A stretch of 64,000 bases of DNA from Chiloscyllium plagiosum (GCF_004010195.1 NC_057711.1:70882467-70946466), one strand, 5' to 3'; shown: positions 12,447 to 25,394, numbered from the stretch's first letter. Notes: a model not told the origin generated them from the letters alone. Translations and numbers: made by a program.

Positions 12447-13799
12447 CTCATTGCATTAGAGACTATCTCGATACCAGAAACTTGGCTGTTCGTGCAACAT
12501 TGCCCTGAGAGTTCATTACTCCCTACATTTTCCAAGACAGCATACTTGTTTGAAATGGGAATAGCCACAGGAAACTCCTGCACTGCCTACCTACCTCTCC
12601 TACCTTTCCTGGAGTTAACCCATCTACCTGACTGTATCCACGGCTTTTCTCCCTTCCTATAACTGCCATCTATCACACCCTTAGCTCTTGTAAATTCCTC
12701 ATTGCCTCTAACTGTCACTCCAACTGATGCATGCGATCTGATGGGATTCCCAACCAAAGACACTTCCTGCAGACATAATCATCAGTGACATGGAAACTCT
12801 CCCTAAACGTTCACATCAGACAGTAAGAGCACTTCACTCTACTAAAGGCCACCTTTGCTCCTTCACAATCTACAGAGCCAGAAAATGGCAACAACATGTC
12901 CATATCTTTAACAGATCACTGCTGGCTACCATGACAAGTTGCTTAGCTTGTGTGTGTGCCAAAGCCAAGGCCAAAGAACTATCAACCTGCAAGTTCTGAA
13001 TGAAGCAGTGTTGTGTTAAGAAAAAGTAATGCACCAGGAAACTGCTGAGAGTATCCAAGTAGGCACAAAGTGAGTGGTCAAAAGGGAGCCCTGAGATGCA
13101 CCATTCTCTGATCTAGGAGATATGTGCCTGTTAGCAGCATTGCAATGCAAGATGCTGGTGATCTTCAAGTACAGCATTGAAGAAAATGTGAGTCAGAGAC
13201 ATGATATGATGACATTGAGAGGTTGGTGTGTATGCACTGCCAAACCCTGTGAAGGGTACAAGGGGGAGGGTGGCATGAGGGGCTAGTGAGCAGCAGGCAC
13301 AGAGGTGTGCCCTGAGCTGTTGGACAAAGGTGGCCAGCATGGACAGACATAGGAGTAACTGGTGACCTGGAGATGGCAGACTTGGACTTTCATGTCGGCA
13401 ATTGTTGCCATCCAGTTTCTCTCTGCTGTCTGTCAAAACTGTACCCTCAATTTAAATGAAGCACCATTAGGCAATAATGAGATGAGTACATGCAAATAGC
13501 TCCCACACCAGTGAAATTCTCTAAAACCATAATGCAGTTAAAATCTTGCTCAGAAAATCAAATAATTTTGCCGGGTGTAAAGAATCTAATTTTTCTCTCG
13601 TAATATTTTCCCATCTATCTTATCATTGCCCTTGTTGTCCATTGCCTGGGGAATTTGCGATCTTTGTGTTCAAGCAAACTCTGGAGTTTCTGTGCAAAAG
13701 GTATGATATTAAATTTATCAATCAACATTTCTTGATCAGCATAAATATGACCTGTGTTCATAATATCAATGAATGTACTAAAAACAAATTAACAGGAGT

Positions 13800-13910
13800 T
13801 GTTCTGGTACACTGGTAGTGACCCTAACTCTGAGTCAGAAGTTTAAGTCCCACCTGCTCCTGGGCTGTGTAATAACATCTCTGAATAGATTGATTAGAAA
13901 ATATCTAACA
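13800..13910 (+). mobile_element. Old tRNA-derived SINE fragment
   Basis: GGTACACTGGTAGTG...TCTGAGTCAGAAG...TTTAAGTCCCACC resembles a decayed A/B-box tRNA head. Confidence 0.4.
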
Positions 13911-15229
13911 GCACAACAATGTCCAGATTAGTGTCATCTTTTTGTACAATGGTTGTTAGGATATGTTTACATGTCAACTAGATTGATACAACATTGCTGA
14001 AAATGTGAGCAAGCAGCCTGAAATATGATCAAAGGAACATATTTTCAGTCTTCCTGTGAATTAAAACCCACGCATCAAAGAGGCTGGGAGGCACCCCAAA
14101 ATAAGGATTTTGAAACAAGTCCCAAACCCTTTATACATCTGTGAATTAATGTTGTTGGTTTGCTATGCAGAGTGCAATCCATTAGTGTACATAAAATTAA
14201 CAAACATGTTGGCTTGCTTTTAAAACAACTTAGCAAATGCCAAGGAAGAAATTATAGACATTTTATGCTCTTTTTATAGTCTCTTTCAATGTTAATTTAT
14301 ATTTGCTTAGGTGATATTAAAAAAAAGGAAGTTAAATTGAGAATAGCAGAAAGAGTATTGTGAGATTTGCACAAATCACTGAATTCCATTTTGGTTGCTT
14401 TTTTTAACCGTTATGATTCTGGAGCATACTGTCAAATTTGTGTTGCAATCTGGTTCACTATTCTTACTTTGTAAAGTAAGCAAAATGTGCGATCCAGGCC
14501 CTGAGCCCCAACTCACTTGCCAACTTTTCAGTAATTCATCTGAACAGCAACGCATTGTTCTATTAAGCCTCCTTCTCTCTCTCACCCTCACACAAGCAGA
14601 GAGCTGAATCTTACCAGGAATCAGCTCAGTGTCATCGTAGGCAAATTTTGGATAGGATTTCTCTCAATATGGCCTAGCGCATTTTCTTGCATTATCTTCA
14701 AAATTGCTTCATTAGCAATGCACCACACCCTATGGTACCTCCCTCGACACGTTCCCCCACTAATCATGGCTGGAAGTATTCACCACTGCCAGCAGACCCT
14801 GGGATTTCTGGAGCCAGTGCCTTTTTAAGAATGCAGTTGTGCACCTGTTGGATTCTAAGCTTCAAACAAAGCAACACATCAAGGAGAGAGAGTTACCTGG
14901 ACATTGTGTTTCAGGAAACACTCATACCCCCGAGATTAACGATCTTGAATTTAGTCAGTGATCAGGGACAGGAGGTGTGACATTGACCTCAGCAAGGAGA
15001 GGATCCAGAAGGTAGTACTGAAAGCGGCTCAGCCCTTGAACTTGTCTGACAGGTTTGAGATTCTTGCTCTCTATGTGAATGAGAACGAGGTCTGTAGGGA
15101 ACCATTCAAGAGGAGAAAAGAGAAACGTAGTTGTAATCAGGGACAATACAGTCAGGGGAATTGCTCTCTGTGGCCAAGATCAAGAGTCCCGAAGGTTATG
15201 TGGTTTGCCTGGTGCCTGGGTTCAGGATA

Positions 15230-15448
15230 CAATCGGTTCTGCTATAACACGATAGTTCAGTTCTTGTGCAACCACGTGTTATAAGGAAATTGCGTATTAG
15301 CAGCACCATTTAAATTAATGGGGCTAGAATTGCATTATAGCCATTACACGCTTGAAAAGTTCACACGTTAGAAACAGTATGTCCAGCTCATCAATTGTTT
15401 TATAGTGAATTTGCAATAACAAAACGTGTGCTATAGTAGCACAATCTC
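15230..15448. mobile_element. Pogo/Tc1-type MITE (TA target), degenerate right TIR
   Basis: Left end TA|CAATCGGTTCTGCTATAACACG; right end CGTGTGCTATAGTAGCACAATCTC|TA. Interrupts CR1 ORF1. TIR resembles that of 18179-18713. Confidence 0.6.
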
Positions 15449-16878
15449 TATCGTATTTGGACTACAGAAAAATTGCAGTGGGAGGAAAAAGATTCAGTTC
15501 ACATGGTCCACATAGATACCAAATGATAGAGATAGAAAGAGGAATGAGTTCTGCTGAGGGAATATGAGCAATTTGGGCTAAATTCAAAAGCAGAACCAAG
15601 AAGGTAGTATCTTCATTATTAGTACCTGAGCCATGAGCAATTTGGCACATGGTCAACAAGATTAAAGAGGTAAAAGTGTGGCTCATAGCTTGGTGTAGGA
15701 GGAACAAGTTTGAATTCATGGGTCATTGGCACTAGTACTGGACAAGGAGGGAGCTGTTCCGATGGGATGGGCTCCACCTTGATCAGGCTGGGATCTGAGT
15801 CCTGGTGAATCACATAACTAGAGCTGGAGGTAGGGCTTTAAACTAAATGTGGGGGTGGGGGGAGAGAAGGGATGTGGTGGTGGTTCAGGTTTAGTTGCAC
15901 AGGAAAGTCTGGAAAGAGTTAAAGGGGCAAAGGGCTCAGGAGAGATCATTAAAGTTTCCAGAACAAGTAACAGAGCAGGCAGTATGGAAAGGGTCAGGAA
16001 TCTAACTTCAGGCACAGCACATAAGGGCACAACTACGAGAAGGAATCAGTCAATTCAGGACTGAGCGTCTTGTACTTAAATGCACACAGTATAGGAAACA
16101 AGATCATTGAGCTTGTAGTGCAGATTGAAAGTAATGTGGACATCACAGAGACACGGCTGCAAGGGGGTCAGGGCTGAGATCCAAATTTCCAAGGATATGT
16201 GCCCTATTAAAAGGACAAGCAGATGGGCAGAGGGATTGGGGTTGCCATGTTAGTGGGAAAATATGCAATTAAATCAATAACAGGAAGCAATGTATGGTTG
16301 GAAGGTGTTGAATCTTTATGGGTAGAGTTGAAGAGCTCTGAAAGTGAATAAGACCCTGAAGGAGATGTGAACAGGCCCCTGACAACTAGTCAGAATGTGG
16401 GGCAGAAAATAAATCAGGAAATAGAAAAGGCATGTGAGAAGGGCATTATGATAATAAAGATGGGGGACTTCAACATGTAGGTAGACTGGGAAAGTCAGGT
16501 CAGTAGCAGATCTCAAGAAAAGGAATTTATGGAATTTGTTTTGAGCAACTTGTGACCGAGCTCACTGGGGAATAGGCAATTCCGGATTTGGTGATGTGTA
16601 ATGAGGTAGACTTGATCAGAGAGCTTAAGGTGAAGGAGCCCCCTTGGAGGTAGTGACCATAATGTGATAGAATTCATCCTGCAGTTTGAGTGGAAAGAGG
16701 CTAGAATCAGACATAAAAGTATTACAACTGAGTAAAGGTCACTACAAAAACATGAGAGGGGAGCTAGCCAGAGTTGATTGGAAGGAAAGAAGCTAAACAG
16801 GAAAGGTGACAGGGATGGCAGGAAGTCCTGGCGATAACTCAGGAAGCATAGCAGAAATTCATCCCAAGGAATAATAAT

Positions 16879-17378
16879 GTGTGCAATTCTGGGCTCCATC
16901 CTATAGGAAGGATGTTGTGAAACTTAAAAGGGTTCAGAAAAGATTTACAAGGATATTGCCAGGGTTGGAGGATTTGTTATATAGAGAGAGGCTGAGAGGT
17001 GACCTTATAGAGGTTTATAAAATCATGAGGGGCATGGATAGGGTAAATAGACAAGGTATTTTCCCTGGAGTGGGGAAGTCAAGAACTAGAGGGCATAGGT
17101 TTAAGGTGAAAGGGGAATGATATAAAAGAGGCCTAAGGGGCAACTTTTTCACACAGAGGGTGGTGCATATATGGAACGTGTTGCCAGAGGAAGTGGTGGA
17201 GATAGGTACAATTATAACATTTAAACGACATCGGGATGGGTATATGAATAAGAAGGGTTTAGAGGGATGTGGGCCATGTTTTGTCAAATAGGCCTAGGTT
17301 AATTTAGGATATCTGGTCAGCATGGACAAGTTGGGCCAAAGGGTCTGCTTCTGATCTGTACATCTCTATGACTCTATG
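16879..17378 (+). mobile_element. 5'-truncated CR1 3' end nested in the older CR1
   Basis: ORF QFWAPSYRKDVVKLKRVQKRFTR and tail CTCTATGACTCTATG. Confidence 0.88.
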
Positions 17379-18178
17379 AACAAGAAATATATTAAGGGGA
17401 GGATGGGGCAACCCCATGGCTGACTAGGGAAGTCAGAGGCAGCATAAAAGCAATGTGATGATGATTAGTGGGAAGCCAGAGGATTGGGAAGCCTTTAAAA
17501 ACCAATAGACAATATCTTAAACGAAAGCAAGAAGAGCTAGTAATATGCAAGAAGGTTATAACAGTTCTTTTAGATTTCTAAAAGGTAAGAGAAAGGCAAG
17601 AGTGGACATTGGACTGTAGGGAAATAAGGTTGGCAAAGTAGTAAAGGAGAACAAGAACTAGCATAAGAACTGAATGGGTACTTTGCATCAGTCTTTACTG
17701 TGGAAGACACAAGAAGCATATCAGAACTTCAAGAGCGTCAGGTACAGAAGTGAATTTAGTGGCCAGCACTGGAGAGAAAGTGCTGGGAAGTTGAAAGTTC
17801 TGAAGGTGGTTAAATCAACCAGGGATCTAAAGGAAACAGCTGAGAAGATAATGGTAGCATTGGTAGAGATCTTTCAGGAATCACCTGGAGTCAGAGAGGG
17901 TTAGAAAAGATTATAAAATGGCTAGTATATCTCTCCTGTTTAAGAAAGGAGGGAGACAGAAGACTGGAAATTATAGAATGGTTAGTCTGGCCTCAGTCAT
18001 TGGTAAGAGTTTAGAGTCCATTATTACGGATGAAATTGCAGAGTATTTGGGAGTGCACTGTAAATAGGGTAGAGTCAGCACGGCTTCATTAAGGCGAGTC
18101 ATGCCTGACGAGTCAGTTAGAATTCATTGAGGAGTTAATGAGCAAGTCAGACAAAGGAGAGCCAGTGGACATGATGTA

Positions 18179-18713
18179 CAGATAGTTCTTCTATAACACC
18201 GTAGTTGCATTCCAGTGAGATCTCATTTAGTAGAAAATTGCTTAATAGAAATAATGGGGCTTTTGGGAAAAGTGGAGTTGGGGGCAGACTAGCAAAAATA
18301 TCACTCACAATCACTCAGAAATCACCCAAAAGTGTAACCGAAGTATAGCAGAGCTTGGATGAAGGTTCAAATCATATTTATTAATGAAACAAAAGTAAAT
18401 TTAACACAGTCCATTTAAAAAATGTAAGAAAGCTGCACTTTGTACAGTACCTCTCACAGAAAGCTGCTCTGTTAGCAGCTGACATCAGAGCGTGCGCAGA
18501 ATGGAAGACAAGCCCGGCGCATGCACAAAGCAGCACAGAGATTTTGCCATGCACATCAGCACATGTGAAGAATGAAGCACGTGAATTGATCCCCTCTGGA
18601 ATCGCGCTTTTGCCAACTGAGGTAAGTGTTCTCCAAAATACTGTTCCCTAATTCTTCAGCGATGTTATAGCCAAATCATGCTGCAGAAATGGGCATTATC
18701 CCAGAACTACCTG
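18179..18713. mobile_element. Pogo/Tc1-type MITE with TA TSD
   Basis: TIRs CAGATAGTTCTTCTATAAC and CATTATCCCAGAACTACCTG, with TA on both sides. Excision restores the CR1 RT frame VDMMYLDFKKTFEKV. Confidence 0.85.
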
Positions 18714-19974
18714 TATCTGGATTTCAAGAAGACCTTTGAGAAGGTGACACATAGGAGGCTGCTAAATGAGATAAGTGCCCGTTGTGTTTCGGGACAAGGT
18801 ACTGGCATGGATAGAGGATTGGCTGACTGACAGAAGGCAGAGAGCAAGGATAAAGGAGTCTTTTTTAGATGGCAGCTGGTGACTACTGGAGTTTCTGCAG
18901 GTGTCAGTGTTGGGATGTTAATTATTCATGTTACTCATTAATGATCTGGATGAAGGAACTGAGGGCATTGTTGCTAAGTTTGTACAAAAATAGGTGGAGG
19001 GACAAGTAGTGCTGTGGAGGCAGAGATATTGCAGAAGGACATGGACAAAGAAGTGGCAAATGGAATGCAATGTGGAGAAGTGTGAGGTTATGCACTTTGA
19101 TCAGAAAAAGAGGCATAGTCTATTTTCTAAGTGGGAGAAAGGTTTGGAAATTTAAAGCACAAAGGGACTTTTGGAGTCCGAGTTTAGGATTCTCTTCAGG
19201 TTAACATGCAGGTCCAGTTGGCAGTTAGGAAGGCAATTGCAATGTTAGCAACCATTACAAGAGGCATAGAATACAAGAGCAAGACTATCATGAGCAGTTT
19301 TGAGCCCCATATCTAAGGAAGGATGTGCTGGCCTTGGATGGGGTCCAAAAGATGAAGGGCTTGCCATGTAAGGAGCAGTTGAGGATTCGGGGCCTGTACT
19401 TGATGGAGTTTAGAAGGATGAGGGGGGTATCTAATTGAAACTTACAGACTACCAAGAAGCCTGGATAGAGTCAACATGGAGAAGATGTTTCCACTCATAG
19501 GAGAGACTCGAGGGTACAGCCTTAAATGGAAGGACAACCCTTCAGGATGAGATGAGGAAATGATTCATCCAGAGAGCGGTGAATCTGTGGAACTCATTGT
19601 CATTGAAGGGTATGAAAGTCAAATCATTGAGAGTCTTTAGGATAGGTTCTTGATCAAAGGTTACAGGGAGAATGCAAGAGAATGGTGGAGCAATGGGTCC
19701 AATAGCCCATTCTGTTCCTGTATCTTGTGGTGATGCATGCAATAGACTTCTCACTGCTCACTTGCAGGCATCTTATCTCGACATTAAACACAAGATTGGA
19801 AAATAGGCTAATCTGCTCATGATGTAGCCCCTTGCTGGCCATGTTGCACAATGTTATCAAAACTCATGTCATTCAGAGGAGAAAGTGAGGACTGCAGATG
19901 CTGGAGATCAGAGCTGAAAATGTGTTGCTGGAAAAGCGCAGCAGGTCAGGCAGCATCCAGGGAACAGGAGAATC

Positions 19975-20002
19975 GACGTTTCGGGCATAAGCCCTTCTTC
20001 AG
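19975..20002 (-). ncRNA. Minimal type I hammerhead-ribozyme-like motif
   Basis: Minus strand reads CUGAAGA-A-GGGC(UUAU)GCCC-GAAA-C-GUC. Confidence 0.65.
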
Positions 20003-20956
20003 GAATGAGGAAAGTTTGTCCAGCAGGCTAAGATAAAAGGTAGGGAGGAGGGACGTGGGGGAGGGGCGTCGGAAATGTGATAGGTGGAAAGAGGTCAAGG
20101 TGAGGGTGATAGGTCAGACTGGGGTGGGGGCGGAGAGGTCAGGAAGAAGATTGCAGGTTAGGAAGGCGGTGCTGAATTTGATGGATTTGACTGAGATATG
20201 GCTGTGGTAGCGAGTCTGTTTGAGAATGTGGCTGAAGAGCTTCTGTGCAGAGGAGATGACCTGGGGGGTGCAGTGAGAGAAGAACTCACTGAAATCTTTG
20301 TAAAGGGAGGAAGAGAGCTTCTTCAAGGAAGGCATCCTTGTAAGAGGATTCGCAGTAGGTTGAAATCTTTGAGGGGAAAGTGAGGACTGCAGATGCTGGA
20401 GATCAGAGCTGAAAATGTGTTGCTGGAAAAGCGCAGCAGGTCAGGCAGCATCCAGGGAACAGGAGAATCGACGTTTCGGGCATAAGCCCTTGTTCAGGAA
20501 TGAGGAAAGTTTGTCCAGCAAGCTAAGATAAAAGGTAGGGAGGAAGGATGTGGGGGAGGGGCGTCGGAAATGTGATAGGTGGAAAGAGGTCAAGGTGAGG
20601 GTGATAGGTCAGACTGGGGTGGGGGCGGACAGGTAAGGTTGAAGATTGTAGGTTAGGAAGGCAGTGCTGAATTCTCCTCTGCACAGAAGAGGAGAATTCT
20701 CATCTCCTCTGCACAGAAGCTCTTCAGCCACATTCTTAAGCTGACTCGCTACCACAGCCATATCTCAGTCAAAACCATCGAATTCAGCACCGCCTTCCTA
20801 ACCTGCAATTTTCTTCCTGACCTCTCCGCCCCCACCCCAGTCTGACCTATCACCCTTACCTTGACCTCTTTCCACTTATCACATATCCGACGCCCCTCCC
20901 CCACGTCCCTCCTCCCTACCTTTTATCTTAGCCTGCTGGACAAACTTTCCTCATTC

Positions 20957-20984
20957 CTGAAGAAGGGCTTATGCCCGAAACGTC
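20957..20984 (+). ncRNA. Minimal type I hammerhead-ribozyme-like motif
   Basis: CTGAAGAAGGGCTTATGCCCGAAACGTC. Confidence 0.65.
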
Positions 20985-21174
20985 GATTCTCCTGTTCCCT
21001 GGATGCTGCCTGACCTGCTGCGCTTTTCCAGCAACACATTTTCAGGCCATGTCATTCAGAGGCTGAGAAGGTTGTGTCTAAAGTCTCACTCTCCAGCTGC
21101 ATGTCACCAATCAACTATTCTTTCGCTTTGTGTGAATGAGTGAAAATCTTGCAATTAGCCCCACTCTTATTTGG

Positions 21175-21690
21175 AATATATGAAATAGGAGCAGAAGTCA
21201 GTCATTCAACTGCTCTTGCAAGCTAAGCTATTCAATAAGTTTATTACTGATCTGCTTGTGTTTCAAAATCCAGAATTCTATATACTTCTGATAGTCTTTG
21301 ATTCTCTTGGCTATGTACTTTTGCCTTAAAGGTATTTACTGATCCCACTTCTACTGACAGAGAGCTTTAAAGTCATAAATCCATCTGAGAGATAAAGAAT
21401 TGTCCTAATCTCTATTAGTTAGTAGTTAGCAATTCTAACTTCTGGATTGATCCACAAGAGGAACCATCCTTTCATATCACCAATGTTAAGGCCTGTCAGG
21501 ATCTTATACACATGAATCAAGCCGCACCTCACTCTTCTAAACTTCACTAGAAAGAAGTCCAGTCTGGCCAAACTATCCTCAAAGGACTACCCACTCATTC
21601 CAAGTATTAATTCTAATCTGAAAAACGTTTGCATCCTTCCTTAAATAAGGAAACTAAAACTGCACACGGCAGTTAAAGTGTGGAAACTAC
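21175..21690 (-). mobile_element. Old CR1-like LINE 3' end
   Basis: GAAATAGGAGCAGAAGT...CATTCA tail pattern and AAACTGCACAC...GTGTGG (reverse complement of the RPHLEYC.QF region), heavily decayed. Confidence 0.55.
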
Positions 21691-23744
21691 ATATAATGAG
21701 ATTCAACAACATTTTCACTATACAAGAATCAGCTTTATAAGAGGTTCTGTGGATGTCTCTTTTATAATTATATGTTTCTAATCCTTAACACTGATAAACT
21801 GATTTCATCCACCTATAGTATTTGGTAATTATTATTAACCCATGATTTAAAAAAAATTGAAACAATTTAAAATTGCTAAGCTTGTAATCTTGTTATCTTG
21901 TGTCTAACTCATTTTCTTTAGTGAGTAGCTGCGAAAGTCATCCAATTAGTTTTCTATCCAAGTGAAATCTTTGTAAGAATCATTTTCAGGAACTCTCATT
22001 TAAATTTTTTAAAATTCTTTTCAACAGAACATAAAATGTATAAAGATAGAAAGGAACATTTTAAATTGCCTGCTATGAGATTTGTAGCAAATCTGGACCT
22101 CTCTTTCTTGACCATGGAGATTATCAGGTCTGAGAACACAATATATTTTGGAATTCAAGAACAGTACTTAACAAGAACAGTATAAACTGATCACAAAGTG
22201 ACTCAAGTTGATTGAACGAAAAATTTTTGCCAACCTCAGATTCACTTTGAATATCTTAAAGAGAAAATAAAATAATCAATTTAACCTAACTTGGACATAA
22301 CTGGCAAAATCTTAAAAGTTTACAGCATCTTAAAACTTTAGCACCCAGAACTTGAAATCATGAATGTAATTTAGCAAGTTTTATGGTTTTTAAGTAATAT
22401 GAAATTCTCAGTTTTATAGACAATGTGAATGAAATAGAACTATGGTTTAAACTTAACAATTTTAATATATGTTTCTTTGATAAGGTAATATATGCATATT
22501 AACCAACCAACATGGAGAATGTACCTTGAATCATGGAAATTTGAAAGGCTTACTGCACTGTTTATGGACTATAAACCAGAATAAAAGCTGACATCCACTC
22601 ATATGTTGACACAGTAATCAAAACCTGAATGAATCTCTGGCCAGTTATGAATTACTTACTTACTATGACACTGGCAAGTCTGACAGTTCAATCACAATTC
22701 TTTTTTTTAATGCTGAATACTGTGTTTAAAGTGGTAATGCTGTTTCTTCCTTCAAATGACAGTAATGACAAATGGCTTTGAAGGAATGCATAACTTTGAA
22801 CAAGAAAATATAGGCTACCTGCTGAAAGCAGGGCTCCATGCAGCCAAGTGGCAATGATGAATAGAGTGATATTGTGCCTGACGTGTAGTAAAATAACTAT
22901 TCATTCACTACAGTGCATCTGCAGAACGTGTTATTATACACACAGAATGAGAGGAAGAAAGCCAGTAAAAGGAAAATGGGTTAGACTGTTACTATTGAAA
23001 TATTATTCATTTTAATTGAATGAAACTCAATACCTTGATGCTCATTTATTTTCATAGGTATATTTTTTTAAATTGTGAACTTTAGTCAGAAAATCAAAAA
23101 CTACAATGGTAGAAATTGAAGGAGGAGGAGAGAAATAAAATTAGTTATATCTAAATATTATTCATTTTCTGGATGCTTCATACCCAATGAATTATTCTTG
23201 GAATGCAGTGTTTGTTGTTATACTGAATGCAGCCCAGCAAAAAAGACCATGTCAAAACGAATAAGCGATAGGACCTCTTAAAACAGGTTATTTTCTGTCA
23301 TCGAGGCATGACCGATACTGCTGGGGCCACTGGCCATGTTCCAAAAGACTGTATTCCATCTTGGAAAGGGTGACTGGCAAATGGTGATGGTTACACCAAA
23401 GGAATGAAAGCCTGGAGGAGAGGAGAATCATGTGAGGTCATTAAAAGTGGGGCAAGCAATGGGGATTCAGAAAGAGTAAACCTGCTATTGCTGGTTCCAA
23501 CCCTTAGTTCAATATAAATTACAGCATTACTTTTCCTCTGGAGGAACAAGACTTTATGTTTATAAAACACTGTTGTTAAAGGTGGGGATTTCCATCAGCA
23601 GCAATTATGACCGACTGCACTGTTAAAAGATCAGACATTTCAGATTGAACACGGCGAAGATATTCCAAACATTTTTCAGCCCAAAAATAGTAGCTGATTA
23701 GTTTAAAGTCAGGCCTTAACAATGATTTCTGTACATATTCCATC

Positions 23745-24260
23745 TACAAGGTGAAATAACTCCGCAGAGGGAGGTACCTTGTCACCAAGCCACCCTTTGT
23801 TTGCAAAGGCATAGTACTTGACAATTGAGCAGGTTCCTCAAAGCCAGCTCTCAGAGTTAACAGAACTTCTCTCACTCCTGTTCATTTGTTTTATTTTTTT
23901 CTCCCCCTACACTATTGTAATACAGTAACAGAGCTTCTCTTCCTCAGCACCCATATTTGTGTGAATCCTATGTTTATATCTTTTTTCTTATCCCCTACAC
24001 TATCCCCTAACAGCAGTAGTGCTTATTAATTCCCCAGCACCCATGTCGTGTGTGTGCAGGTGTAGGACATAGTGAAGAACAACGAGTGCAGAAGACTTTA
24101 TTCAGATTCTACCACCAGGAAGAAAGGAAACACCCGAGTCGCCAGTGACACTTCTGTTTATATCTGCCAGCCAAGGTTCCCTAATTGGACCTAACAGACC
24201 TAATCAGGTAATTTATAATCTATGAGGTCCCCCTGGCTGACCTTGTTACAATCACTATAC
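23745..24260 (-). mobile_element. Possible solo LTR with a second LTR-like repeat nested at ~23885-24150
   Basis: Minus strand begins TGTATAGTGATTGTAACAAGG with a TATA-like motif. The nested piece begins TGTCACTGG on the minus strand and has AATAAA. Boundaries uncertain. Confidence 0.3.
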
Positions 24261-25394
24261 AAAGGCTGCAACAGCAGTGCCAATGGGGACAGCAGGTTAT
24301 CATTGACAGCAGCTTCTGAATTCTCATATTAACAACAAGTGCCAGAAATCAGTCAGGTTTGCCATAACTCACAAGGTAATGCGCTGAAAATCAAGCTCCA
24401 CTATTCTCAGAGATAACACAAATAGAATGTGGAAAGATTTCATCAAACTATCCAAAATCCCCAATTTACCTGACTGAAGAGCCGAGTTATAAGAAAATAT
24501 TCATCAGGTTTTTGTACTTAACAGGAAAACAGCTATTTATCCAAACAGATTGTTTTCCAACCTGTATCAGAAAAAAAATGCTAACCACTAACTTATAACT
24601 CTCTATAAATTAAATTCTACCCCATTTTAGAGAAAAAAGAACCCAATCGCACACGAACAAGCACACAAAGTGACAAGACTCAAATGTTATGAGTGAGAAA
24701 AGAAGATCAAGTCTGTGAAGCACATTTCTGGCATCCAGTCTGGGTTATAGGTATCCTTTTGGTCATTCCTTTCTGATGCCTTTCAAATCTGAGGAGGACA
24801 TAAACTATGGACACATCTCTTCTCAAACATTCATTCAATGGTTAAGGATTTGCGCTTTCAATGTCTCCAATGGTGGGGTTTTCCCTTTCCTTTCAAGAAG
24901 GGAATTTGCAAAAAGAGAGATTACTCACTGCTTGGAGTATTCTTTTGCTTCTTCACTCATAGAAGTGAAAGAGAAAGAAATGTTTTCTCCTTTACAGGCT
25001 GAAACTTTCTGCTGTATTGTCCAAACAAAAAGATATAACCATACACCTGTGAATTAATCAAATAGTTGTAGGGTGCTGAATAGTCCTGAATTGCACGTGT
25101 GTGCACACGCCTGCACGCACACACAATTCAATCATTTAATTGAGCAAGTAGCACATTTATGAAAATAGATTGCAACTTTTTTAATGGTGCATGATCCATT
25201 TCATATCATGAGCCCAGAGATTTAGCAGAGGCAGCTTCACAGCAGACCATGCAAGTTGCTAACTATTTTAGGCCTCTTAATGAATTACTGGCATTAGATC
25301 ACTCTCCTCAGGTCTCCAAAGCAAGGCATATCATTAGAGCCATTTAAGGAACTGTGTTCCTCTGTTATGCTACAGCATAATACTGCTGTAGGTT

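Larger units (their letters stand above)
10305..12870 (-). mobile_element. CR1 LINE with ORF1 (zinc-finger + esterase) and endonuclease, RT region deleted, interrupted by a SINE
   Basis: 3' tail at 10305-10520. APE endonuclease C-terminus GEHFGASDHNSIRF at 10645-10902. Esterase VIGDSLVR / VHIGTNDL at 11919-12446. N-terminal C-x2-C...C-x2-C near 12760-12840. Confidence 0.88.
14880..19735 (+). mobile_element. Old near-full-length CR1 LINE (ORF1 esterase, endonuclease, RT) with three nested insertions
   Basis: LNLSDRFEIL ORF1 motif; GATGGGCTCCACCTT (DGLHL) at ~15765; endonuclease ATGGGGGACTTCAAC (MGDFN) and AGTGACCATAAT (SDHN); RT relics at 17930-19300; 3' UTR to ~19735. Confidence 0.85.
19876..21047 (-). 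mobile_element. Young non-autonomous Penelope-derived array: 495-bp monomer, partial tandem copy and inverted copy
   Basis: Unit 19876-20370 restarts at 20371 and runs to ~20674. The inverted arm is ~20700-21045. TSD CATGTCATTCAGAGG at 19865-19879 and 21048-21062. Confidence 0.9.

Noticed and set aside
22815..22900. Possible short minus-strand exon (HNITLFIIATWLHGALLSA) between CAG and GTAGCC
   Set aside because: Weak splice signals and no recognisable homology.
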